Positions 55,001-64,000 of a stretch of DNA of 64,000 nucleotides are shown here, piece by piece. A program made the position numbers and the translations under genes. The stretch lies in assembly GCA_965649765.1 (NCBI GenBank), contig OZ287756.1, forward strand, positions 35,588,001 through 35,652,000, in the 5' to 3' direction. The notes under the pieces were generated by a model. That model worked only from the letters and a program-made list of their open reading frames with translations, was not told where the DNA came from and ran no database searches. The DNA is from Bispira polyomma (Eukaryota). How positions within the stretch are numbered: the stretch's first letter is position 1; each line of letters begins with the position of its first letter.

Positions 55001-57373
55001 CTTACTTGCAATAGACCATTATTCACGTTACTACACGTTAAGTCTATAATCAAGTAAAGACTGGCTTGCTACAGTGTGAGGTGATATAAATCAATTAGTT
55101 CTAATTATTTCATTGACACATTTAATAGATCAAGTCTACTAGCACACACATTCAGGTGTTATGTAAGACTGCCAACCATAGCTTGGTCTACATACACACA
55201 TAGTTACATATGTTGAGTATTGCCAATGTAAGCCAACACATTTCCTTCATATGACTGCAAAAAACAATATGCAATAATATTCTGACATATTTGTTGGTGA
55301 AGTACTATTACATATATATATATATACATATCAATTCCATTACAGTACTTTATAGTTCAATCCCTTGCTGCTAAGACTTAAAGCTGTTTGGAGTAAAAGT
55401 AAAATTGTTCTTTGTGCAGTTTTTTTGTGAAGGGCTAGCTGGTTTGAATTTCCGTTGAATTACTCCTGAGATGAATGACATGGCAGTAAGTGGGAATTTT
55501 GAGAGCATACTACAGAGTCCACTTAGAATACTGTATAATGACTATGTCCATCCTTTAAGCTAATTTAACAACATAAATGACATTGATGGTGAATTTAATC
55601 TGTGACAAAGAAACTATGTTCTCAAATAATTAACAATAATATTTTACAACAACTCAATATAGAGCGATAAATTTACTCAGGCAACTTACTCAGGTGCTTC
55701 TGCCTATTATATATAACAGATGTATTGTTTAGTACATAATAGTTTTCTTAAACCCATTTACTTTTCAGTGTTGTCTTTGTTCACATACCACCAATGATTA
55801 TATCCCTTGTATTTGTCTGTGTATCAGTAGGTGATGGTGCTGAGTTTGGACAAGATGGCTACCCTCTTTCAAATTCCCGCCAGAAGCGGATACGGACCAG
55901 CTTCAAACACCACCAGTTGCGGATTCTCAAGTCTTACTTTGCACTCAACCAGAATCCAGATGCTAAGGATCTGAAGCAACTTTCACAGAAGACAGGCCTA
56001 CCTAAAAGAGTCTTGCAGGTAGGTCAGATGGGAGGGAGTGACCACAGTACTTTGCTGTTGTTATTTGTAGTGTTGCAGCCTCATATCAGCCTCTAAGGCA
56101 CTTGTTTTTCTGAAAGGGGTAGTTCGACAACATAGCCTGGGTCATCATCAGTAGATAGTGTGTTCACAGATTTACTATAAGAATAATATCCCAGCAATGA
56201 ACCTAGTGACATAAGTAGGAGTCTAAACAAGGGAATTCCTGTTGACTAGGCCAACTCCCCAACCAAATCACAGGAGACCACAATGTGTGTTAGTGAGAGA
56301 GTGTACACACTAACATTAGGACAATAGTGTAATGGGGGTGAACTGTATGGGTAACTTAATGTATATGGAATTAACCTGTACTTATACCCACTCATTTCAA
56401 TAGTACTTGAATTGAAATATACCACGGTATTAAGTTTAATTTCAAGCTAACCACAGATATGGTGACTTCAGATTAATGTTTAGTCTTAGTATTTGGCTAA
56501 TATGGCCACTATGCATAGCCAACTGTGTTAAAGATCGGCCACATGAGCCAGGATAGCCTAGTGGTTATAAGTATCTGCTTTAATATTACTAGCCTCCCAC
56601 ACTTCTAAAGACAGTAGGATGGAATCCCTCTGCCTTCCTTCATGTGGGAAAGTTTGTGAGGTACCTAGCTGTAGGTCCATGTTTTACAGTACAAATATGT
56701 TTACAGTGTATAGAGGTTTTTTTACCGATAAATCTGGTAATCACAATATGACTAAATATGTTGAAAGTTAGTAACATAAAACTACAACTTTCAAAAAGAG
56801 TTTCCAACAAGAGATAGATCTATAAAACAGTGTTATATTAGAAAATCAAAGTTGACAAAGCACCTTGTGATGGAATGCTTAACTCAAGAAAAATAGATCA
56901 GTCTCGTGAGTTCAGGAATATAGTAATACATAATTATATTCTCTTTCTTAACGTTTTAAGCACCATAGTCATGTAATACATGTACAATGTACTTCATGAG
57001 AATAAACTTCATCAAACCATGTTTTCTTGGTGACCAATAGTACTATTCTTTTGTATGTATCTAGGTATGGTTTCAAAATGCCCGAGCAAAGTACAGAAGA
57101 ACCCTGATGAAGCAAGACTCTAATGGCAATGTGAAAGATGGCGTGAACAGTCCTGGTGACCTCTCAGATGACAATACTCAGACCAGTTTTACAGAGTTCA
57201 ATGACGATGGGTCAGGGTCACCAGAACCAATGACTGATATGGGCTCACCAAAAAATATCCTTGACCTTCAAGGTCAAGTGAGCATGTTGGACAGTGACAG
57301 ATCAGGGCACATGGGACATTCGATGGGACTAAGTCAAAGTAACTCATTTAATAAATTGTTGGCCATGAATTAA
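36726..57373 (+). CDS. Lhx2/9: LIM-homeobox transcription factor, Lhx2/9 (apterous) class; spliced CDS join(36726..37076,43389..43615,48841..49217,55828..56018,57065..57373), ~484 aa
   Basis: Two LIM domains, the KGRPRKRK linker motif, and the homeodomain KRIRTSFKHHQLRILKSYFALNQNPDAKDLKQLSQKTGLPKRVLQ|VWFQNARAKYRR, which is characteristic of apterous/Lhx2/Lhx9. All introns are GT..AG with matching phases 0, 2, 1, 0. Confidence 0.95.
38264..38503. repeat. Direct duplication of ~80 bp (period ~157)
   Basis: TAGTAA.GACTTAATAACTAGCA.ATAC...AGGTCA.CAGTTGTAGG.CAT.AGC present twice. Confidence 0.75.
40063..40208. repeat. Small non-autonomous DNA element with GGGGTGCAAAATATGGCA subrepeats
   Basis: Motif repeated about 3x direct and 1x inverted; ends CCAGTGTCA ... 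TTACACCGG. Confidence 0.45.
40364..40599. mobile_element. 236-bp MITE, Tc1/mariner type (TA TSD), in intron 1
   Basis: TIR CAGGGGTGGACAG...CTGTCCACCCCTG, TA on both flanks, internal GGACAG/GCGGAC subrepeats. A second copy of the same length lies at 57419. Confidence 0.9.
43389..43615 (+). CDS. Lhx2/9: Lhx2/9 exon encoding LIM domain 1 (absent from the ORF track)
   Basis: Acceptor tttcag| at 43388. Translates NGGDYNNTSGSDADYAEPSACVGCGAKILDRYFLVTADKQWHVSCLRCSECHVSLDSELTCFSKDGNVYCKEDYYR. Donor AG|GTAAG at 43616, phase 2. Confidence 0.96.
48841..49217 (+). CDS. Lhx2/9: Lhx2/9 exon encoding LIM domain 2 and the KGRPRKRK motif
   Basis: Acceptor tatttcag| at 48840. Translates RFAVRSCSRCQMPISSQELVMRARDLVYHVTCFACASCNAVLNTGEQFGMRDNLIFCKQHY...KGRPRKRK. 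Donor T|GTAAGT at 49218, phase 1. Confidence 0.96.
50265..50490 (+). mobile_element. SINE family B, internally deleted
   Basis: tRNA-like head (GTGGCATAGCG; GGGTTCGATCC) plus the same core and tail as 35155-35500. Confidence 0.75.
51083..51230. repeat. Imperfect ~150-bp palindrome (probable MITE core)
   Basis: Perfect 13-bp pair GCGAATCAAGGAC (51114-51126) / GTCCTTGATTCGC (51188-51200), extending imperfectly in both directions. Confidence 0.65.
55828..56018 (+). CDS. Lhx2/9: Lhx2/9 exon encoding homeodomain helices 1-2
   Basis: Tandem acceptor CAG/TAG (exon start 55828 or 55831). Translates RQKRIRTSFKHHQL...KTGLPKRVLQ. Donor CAG|GTAGGT at 56019, the usual LIM-HD intron position before VWFQN. 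Confidence 0.95.
57065..57373 (+). CDS. Lhx2/9: Lhx2/9 last coding exon: recognition helix and C-terminus
   Basis: Acceptor tatctag| at 57064. Translates VWFQNARAKYRRTLMKQDSNG...NKLLAMN, then TAA at 57371-57373. Confidence 0.95.
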   Translation, partial: VWFQNARAKYRRTLMKQDSNGNVKDGVNSPGDLSDDNTQTSFTEFNDDGSGSPEPMTDMGSPKNILDLQGQVSMLDSDRSGHMGHSMGLSQSNSFNKLLAMN

Positions 57374-57418
57374 AAATTCATTTGACACACAGACATGCAT
57401 CATGAGTTGTTTCATGTA

Positions 57419-57654
57419 CAGGGGTGGACAGCCTAGCGGACGGGACAGCGATAGCAGACAGTGACTTAAAACATAAAATTTACTGCATTTAAAAAGCCAT
57501 CTGTAAAATATAAAGTACTTATAACACTAATTTATTTAGTGAGACAGACTTTACATTTAAAATCGGTCAGATTACTTGTTGAATGGATTAACTGTGTACA
57601 TTTGAAGTTACTGTCCGCTAAGCTGTCCACTGTCCGCTAAACTGTCCACCCCTG
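57419..57654. mobile_element. 236-bp MITE (same family), 46 bp downstream of the Lhx2/9 stop codon
   Basis: Same TIRs and a TA TSD within the palindromic target CATGTACATG. Highly similar to 40364-40599. Confidence 0.9.
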
Positions 57655-58082
57655 TACATGTCCATTATAGAGGAGGTATTTATAGATTCATTAGGCACAG
57701 ATTCATTGTCTTATGGCTTTGTTGTCAGTGAGAATTATATGTTCACTTGTTTATACCTATTTTAAGATCTTCATACATTAGACCTAATATTGTATATATG
57801 TGTGAAATATTTGAGTAATGTTTCTTTAAAAGTAAAGACTTGTATGAATGTTTTCATCTATGTTGATTATGTGATAATGTTTAGTTTGACGTATTATATT
57901 CATCAGTGTTGTCATGTGGTATTTGGTGACAGAGAGTACCTTTATTTACATATATTTGTAGTGCTTTACAAAACAAAACTGAATATTGGTCTTTTTGGCT
58001 AGTACTTGCAATGGCACTGGCGTTAAACATAAAATGTTTTTTTCATAAATTACAAGAATTAATTACCATATGCGAGTACATT

Positions 58083-58250
58083 GGGGGCATGGTGGCCTAG
58101 AAGAACCTGCTTCGCAATCACAGGCCTCGTAATCACAGGCCTTTGTAATGTGGGTTTGAATCCTATTTGTTCCTTGTGGGAAAGTTTGTGAGGTACTTGG
58201 CGTAAGTCGGTGGTTGACAGTATTTTGGCTCTGGTTTCGTCCACCATTGA
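58083..58250 (+). mobile_element. Old SINE fragment in the putative Lhx2/9 3' UTR
   Basis: GGGGGCATGGTGGCCTAG head, GGGTTTGAATCC, GTGGGAAAGTTTGTGAGGTACTTGGCGTAAGTCGGTGGTT core. Confidence 0.7.
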
Positions 58251-59089
58251 CTTCAAATCCATGTGCCAGTCCCTGTATATATTGGAGGCTGGTTCTCTCT
58301 GTGTGTCATTCATGTTGGTTATGTACAACAGAACAGAAATTAAATGTTACAATAGTTGTATCTATACGTCAGCTTTTGTCTGTTTGCTCCAAATTAGCAG
58401 TTTATAACGGTAATGAAGTCTGAAATAGAGCACATTGTTAAATATGTTGGAATGATCTTAAAAACATGACAATATAAAGGCAAAATAAAGTATCCACAAT
58501 TTTGTTTTATATATGTTGAAATCATCTCTAGGAATAATCATTATATAAAATATTTACAAATTCTGTTTATATATGGATATATATTCGAAATGTACCCTTG
58601 TTTCTATTCAACTATTCACACTGATAATGCCAAAATCTTAAAGTGACATATAACCCTAATAGAGGGTAAGGTATGGTTTGCAATTGTTAAACTAAATCAA
58701 ACATGTTATATTAATACGTGGATACAAATAATGCAACACTGTTAACAGTAATTGGATAGTAAAGATGTCATCACTACTAGATACATTTCAAAAGCAAATC
58801 ATTGCAATAAGCTAAAAGCTTAAAAGCTGAACTCTTATAAATTATGGCAGAGTGAACCTTTTTTATGAAAGAAAGAAATGTTGGAGCATACTTAAAATGG
58901 GATGCCACTGTATCAGTAACTTTCATATTAACAAACTGTTTAAATGTAAATGATATACAGTTTTATAAGTTGTGCAGATCAGTCTGATTTAAATTTAATA
59001 GTACATTTGGTAATGCTGTTTTACTGCTTACAAAATACTTGTTATATCAATCACTGTATACTAAACATTTATTTTTTATGTTACATGTG

Positions 59090-59095
59090 AATAAA
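59090..59095 (+). terminator. Candidate polyadenylation signal for Lhx2/9
   Basis: AATAAA after a U-rich tract and followed by GT/T-rich sequence. Other AATAAA hexamers exist (e.g. ~58484), so the choice is uncertain. Confidence 0.3.
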
Positions 59096-59775
59096 GTTGT
59101 TAACAAATAACTGATCTCAGTTTGATTTCTTAAAACTAGAACTATGTTTAAGATACACATCTTGTTTTTCAAATCAACATAAAGATAAACATTGTTGTGG
59201 AGTAGAACGTTTCTGAAATGACTAACAAATCATCAATGTAGTTAATTTCTTCACAGATTTAACATGGTTTTTCAGAAAGCAGAGAAACAGAAGTGTTAAA
59301 GAATGAATAACACCAATCCTTCATGTTTTACATTTTTAACTCAAAAGTCCACGTTTTATTAAAACAAATTCATGTCATTTGGCCATTTTAAGTCAATAAA
59401 ATGTAAGCATTCATTAATTAATGAGTAAACACACACTGTTTAACCGAATGAAAATATTTATAACAGTTTTGCAGGAAATACATACTTTTTTAAAAACTTA
59501 ATCCCAGAATTGTTTCACTTTTATGCGGGATAAGTCATCAGTATAAACACTGGTAACTGTATATTGGTCTAGACAGTGTCCATTGTTTGTATGTATGATA
59601 CAATATTAAAACTCTGACTTTTATTCTAGCAGCTTACTTACACAACTCTACACAACTCATACATGTAGTAATATGTATAGATATATATAACATTGTTTCT
59701 AGCTCTCTGTTGGTGTACACAACTGTAGATCCTGTTCTAGATCTGTCAGTCTCTGATATATGTAATGTGTGTACA

Positions 59776-60902
59776 CTGCAGCCGCCTTGGTGCTGACAAT
59801 AATGGTTTCTTGAAAATAATTTCCAGAGGCTTATGGTCGGACTCTACATCTATAATGTCTCTACCAAGAATGTATTGCCTGAACTTTTCGCAAGCAAAGA
59901 CAATGCTCAAGCATTCTTTTTCTGTTTGGGCTTATCGCTGCTCTGTTTTTGACAAGGACCTTGAAACGAATGCCACGGGTTGCTGGTTCTGCAATAAAGT
60001 TGCTCCCAGTCCCTTCTCACTTGCATCACATTGCAATATGACTCCTTCCCCCAGATTGTAGAATTTCAGTACTGGTTGCACCGTAACTATTGTTTTTGCA
60101 GTCTTAAATGCCTTTTCTTGCTGTGTTTGCCATGACCACAAAGCATCTTTGTCCAACAGTCTCCGCAGTGGCTCACACACTTTGGACAAATGTGGTGCGA
60201 ACTTCGCTAAATAATTTATGAATCCAAGAAACCGTTGCAGGTCTTGCTTGTTCTGGGGTCGTGGCATATCAGTCACAGCTTAAATTTTTCTGGGTCTGGC
60301 TTCAACCCATTGGAAGTTGGAAGATGACCCATGTATGACACTTCAGATAAACAGAGTTTCATTTCCCGTCTTCTAAGTTTTAGGTGGGTCTTTCTTGCCC
60401 TCTGTAGGAGTGCTTCAAGATTCTTGTTGTGATCTTGAATTGCTGTGTCATCTGTATCCCTACCCCCTATGACAAGTATATCATCTGCTATAACTTCGAC
60501 CCCTTCAAGCCCTTCAAGGATTTCGTGCTGTCTGCGTTGGTACTCTTCGGGTGCTGATGAGATACCAAAGGGCATTCTTAGCCATCGGTATCTTCCAAAG
60601 GGTGTCCAGAAGGTGGTTAGATGGCTGCTCTCCTTGTCTAGTTTAATGTGATAGAAGCCATCCTTAGCATCTAGCACTGAAAACACCTTTGCCGTCTGAA
60701 GTCGTGGAAAAATTTCATCGATTGTTGGCATTTGGTACCGAGGCTTCCTTATGGCTCTGTTTAAATCTTTTGGGTTTCTGCATATTCTCAGTTTGTTTGG
60801 CTTTTTGACTACTACCATACTGCTAATCCAGTCAGTTGGCTCTGTTACTTTGGCAATAACATTACGCCTTTTCATTTCATCCAACTTCTGCTTTATTTCA
60901 TC
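59776..60902 (-). pseudogene. Gypsy reverse transcriptase-RNase H pseudogene
   Basis: ORFs 60273..60884 and 59932..60276. The frame continues past the stop as AQTEKECLSIVFACEKFRQYILGRDIIDVESDHKPLEIIFKKPLLSAPRRLQ, then similarity breaks off. Confidence 0.9.
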
Positions 60903-62608
60903 TCAAAGAGCAACTGGGATGCGTCTGGGTAGATGTTGTACTGGCCATACTGACGGGTCTATTTCTATGTGGCATTCACCCGAGAAGCATCCGATTCCAT
61001 TAAAAACATCAGGGTATGCTTTACAAATTTCTTCTTCAGTAGGCCTTGACACGTCTGTCCTTGCAATATTAGTGGCCTCATTGGTATTAATTGTCAAGAG
61101 GCCCATTTTTTTGCATGTATTAGCTGAGAGTAGTGGTTTTTGCGCTACAAAAGTCGGTACAACTTGAAAGCCCAACTTGAATGGTTTGCCTTTGTACTCT
61201 GTGTACAACCTACATATGCCAAGAGGTTTCATCAAGGAACCGTCGTATAGGTAAAGTCTGGCTTTGCTTTCTTTAAGCGGTGGATTTTTCTTACCCACTA
61301 TTTTGCGATAATCTTTGACGCTGATCACATTGACACTGGTTCCTGTATCTAGTTGACAGAGCACCTGAACTCCATCTGCTGCTTTCTTTATACCCAATTG
61401 TAGAAGAACAGTGAGGTGTTTTCCATTTGTTTTTACAGACCCAACAAAATGGGTGATAGCTAAAACTGACTCATCTGAGGAGCTGTCTGCCCCTTGTTTA
61501 TGAACTAGGAGCACACGTTTCTTGTTTTGCATGCATTCTGATGCAAAGTGGTTCATCTTGAAACATTTACTGCAATGTTTTCCATAAGCCGGACACTTTG
61601 CTTTGTTCCACTCATGTCCTCGTTCACAGTACTTGCATCTCTTTTGCTGGGAATCCTTCCTGGACTGGGCTTTTGGCACTGGTTTGTGTGCCTTACCACA
61701 GCGTCCCTGTTTTGAGTAATGTACTGCCTCTTCATTCCTCGGACAGTCAATTTTCTGAAGTTGCATGTGCGACAGTTCAGCTATTCTGCACATGCTAATA
61801 GCTTCTGCTAAGTCCAAGTCTGATTTCCTGAACATTCTTGCTCGGGTGGCACCGTCTTTCACCCCAAGTATGAGTCTGTCCCTGATAACTTCCTCTGTGA
61901 GGGCGCCATACTCACAGGTCAGTACAAGTTGTCTCAGCCGGGCCACATATTGTTCAATACTTTCCGACTGGCCCTGTATGCAGCTGTTGAATGTATATCT
62001 TTCATATACAGTGTTCTTCAACGGTTTGAAATGTGCTCCCAGTGCATTCAGAGGGGCCGCGGTGGCCTAGTTTTTAGCAAGCATTGCGCTTCAAAATCAC
62101 TGGTCTCTCAATTCTGGGCGGCGTGAGTTCGAATCCCGTCGATGCCTATGTGGAAAAGGTGGTAGTTCCTTACTGTGGGCTGCTGGTTTCTCTGCAGAAC
62201 CTTGACCGACTGTATGCAGTGTTTCCTTCAGCGTTTTCAACTACCCGTCCCAACATAACCTACTAAAAGGTACTAGAGTGGACGTTAAATATCCAAATTC
62301 AAATTCAATCCAGTGCATTCAGGGTTGGTAGCACTCTCTTTTTGTCAGCATCGGGGATGTCCAAGTGCGTGTAGATTCTTAGACATTCCCATTTTCTTTT
62401 CTACAGAGCATAGAGTTGCGATCCGAATGTCATCTTGTTTCTTAGAGAGTTGTGTGGCCACCTCATAGTCCTCCCATTGCATTCGGAAAAACTCCCAATT
62501 CGCATATACATCACCTTTGTATTCCAGTGGTGCTGGAATCGGAAAGTTTGCCGCTGGCAAATACACAGTTTGAGGCACCTCTACTGCTGCTGGAGCTTGA
62601 TCACTCAT
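60903..62608 (-). pseudogene. Gypsy gag-protease pseudogene
   Basis: ORFs 62345..62608 and 60903..62021. Removing the SINE and one TSD copy restores ...ECLRIYTHLDIPDADKKRVLPTLNALGAHFKPLKNTVYERYTF. One further frameshift near 62390. Confidence 0.88.
62052..62309 (+). mobile_element. Full-length tRNA-derived SINE (family A) nested in Gypsy gag
   Basis: A box TGGCCTAGTtt, B box GTTCGAATCC, (CAAATT)n tail. 13-bp TSD CCAGTGCATTCAG at 62039-62051 and 62310-62322. Confidence 0.93.
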
Positions 62609-62940
62609 ATTTTATTTCCCTGTTTGAAATGCTTAAATATAGCATCCAGTAGTGACAATAATATTACTATATATTTATGCTAAATATATAGGCTTATTTC
62701 ATTGTTCCAGTGAATTAAATGAATTAACTAGTAATGTATGTATCCACATTTACCAATTAAAGCACATCTGACACCATTGGAGGGAGGTATCATTAAATAT
62801 TGATATGAAACAAACTTGATTAAACGTTCTTCGTGTGCCTAGGATAAGCTTCTGAGTTGCTCAAAGTAAATGCTAATATTATTGTCACTACTGGATGCTA
62901 TATTTAAGCATTTCAAACAGGGAAATAAAATATGAGTGAT
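62600..62940. repeat. Perfect 67-bp inverted repeat (62600-62666 / 62874-62940)
   Basis: Base-by-base reverse-complement match, 207-bp spacer. Confidence 0.95.
62767..62776 (-). other. Candidate primer-binding site of the Gypsy element
   Basis: TGGTGTCAGA on the - strand, ~160 bp upstream of the gag ATG and preceded by ..CA-A. No paired LTR was identified. Confidence 0.35.
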
Positions 62941-64000
62941 ACCTCCCTCCAAAGACGTCTGTCTTGCTCTGTTAATCATAGAGTTTATCAAGATTGTATT
63001 TGATAACAATTTTAAACATTACACTTTTACCATATCACTTGAAAGTTACTTTATAGTTCATAAAGCATTTTCACAAATAATACTTAGTAAATTGTCATTT
63101 TATACAAATTTTAGTCTACAAAATCCTACCACCTGACCGATCAGTTGTCGTAATGCCCCTTTTGATTTAAGTTGTGTAATATATAGATTGTGTGCAACTT
63201 GTACAAGCTGTCAATCAGAATGAACAGACTATCAAAATCACCCAGCAACACATTGGATCTTGGGAAATAGACTCTATCATTGCTTAGAGATATAATCATT
63301 TAAAGGTCTTTATATGTTCTACCTTATACTATATGACATCATGTCTCGATAAAACCTAGTATAAATGTTGGATTTAAGAATTTTAGAAGAGATAGAACTG
63401 GGATATTTTTGTTATCAAAAAGTATAACCAGGTTTACCAACTATTAATACCTTACATTAGTAATATTTTGAACCTCATTGTAACAGAAAACATGGCAGCC
63501 ATGGCCATAATCTTGAAAATCCTTTTAGCTTATCTGAAGCCAATCAGCTTTGTCAAATGGCATGAGTAAGTTCTATGTGTCAGTTTATTTTGCTGATGTA
63601 TTGGTATTAGTTGGTATTATTGGGAGTTACTCATAATGGCTGTCATGTTAGCTTAATTGGAAAATTGTTGCAGCTTATTAAATGTTAAATCAGATAAGTA
63701 ACCTTTGGCCGCCTTCTGAAGAAACAAGATGTGGTCATCTTGTTTTTTTTCTGAGTTATAATAATAAATAATATAATAATAATAATACCAGTGACCCGGT
63801 CACCTTGGCCATGTTTTTTATTTCTGTAGAAATATTTAAATCCAACTTTTTACAGATCAATATTATTTAAAGTTAAAGGTGGTCAAGTCGTACACCTTAA
63901 GTTCATTGTGAGAGAGCTGTGCTGTAAGCTGACGCATAACATGGCTGCCAATGCATCTTTCTTAAAAAAATATTTTAAAACAAAGCTTTTGTAAAGCATG

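Larger units (their letters stand above)
59776..62608 (-). mobile_element. Degenerate Ty3/Gypsy LTR retrotransposon internal region (gag-protease-RT-RNase H; integrase missing)
   Basis: Gag zinc knuckle CSKCFKMNHFASEC, protease LDTGTSVNV, RT motifs LDAKDGFYHI / RMPFGISSAPE / IADDILV, RNase H LQCDASEKGLGATLLQ...SDHKPL. Domain order PR-RT-RH. Stops at 60903 and 59932, frameshifts near 60280 and 62390, and a SINE insertion. Confidence 0.93.

Noticed and set aside
57061-57070. AG|GTATGG as a recursive splice site
   Set aside because: The GT is the Val codon of the conserved VWFQN helix.
59765-62266. Plus-strand ORFs within the retrotransposon
   Set aside because: Antisense shadows of gag/pol, or SINE-internal frames.

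Overview
AT-rich, CpG-poor animal genomic DNA. The repeat content looks like a mollusc-type or other lophotrochozoan invertebrate, but that is inference only. The window holds one convincing gene, a + strand LIM-homeobox gene of the Lhx2/9 (apterous) class. Five exons can be joined by hand with matching splice phases: 36726-37076, 43389-43615, 48841-49217, 55828(or 55831)-56018 and 57065-57373, giving about 484 aa with LIM1, LIM2, a KGRPRKRK motif and a homeodomain. A candidate distal promoter with a 4-codon alternative first exon (MEPW, phase 0) lies at about 21.4-22.0 kb. Downstream on the - strand is a dead Ty3/Gypsy retrotransposon (gag-PR-RT-RNase H, no integrase). A young tRNA-derived SINE with a 13-bp TSD interrupts it, and a perfect 67-bp inverted repeat sits at its 5' end. 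The rest is intergenic or intronic: two SINE families, L2-like LINE 3' ends, several MITEs (one 46 bp after the stop codon), minisatellites (two derived from SINEs), a 153-N gap, and an unexplained array of a dyad-symmetric motif at 2.8-6.1 kb. There are no prokaryotic features, CRISPR arrays, rRNA or true tRNA genes. Most listed ORFs are spurious. I cannot demonstrate a new biological system; the best leads are given under findings.
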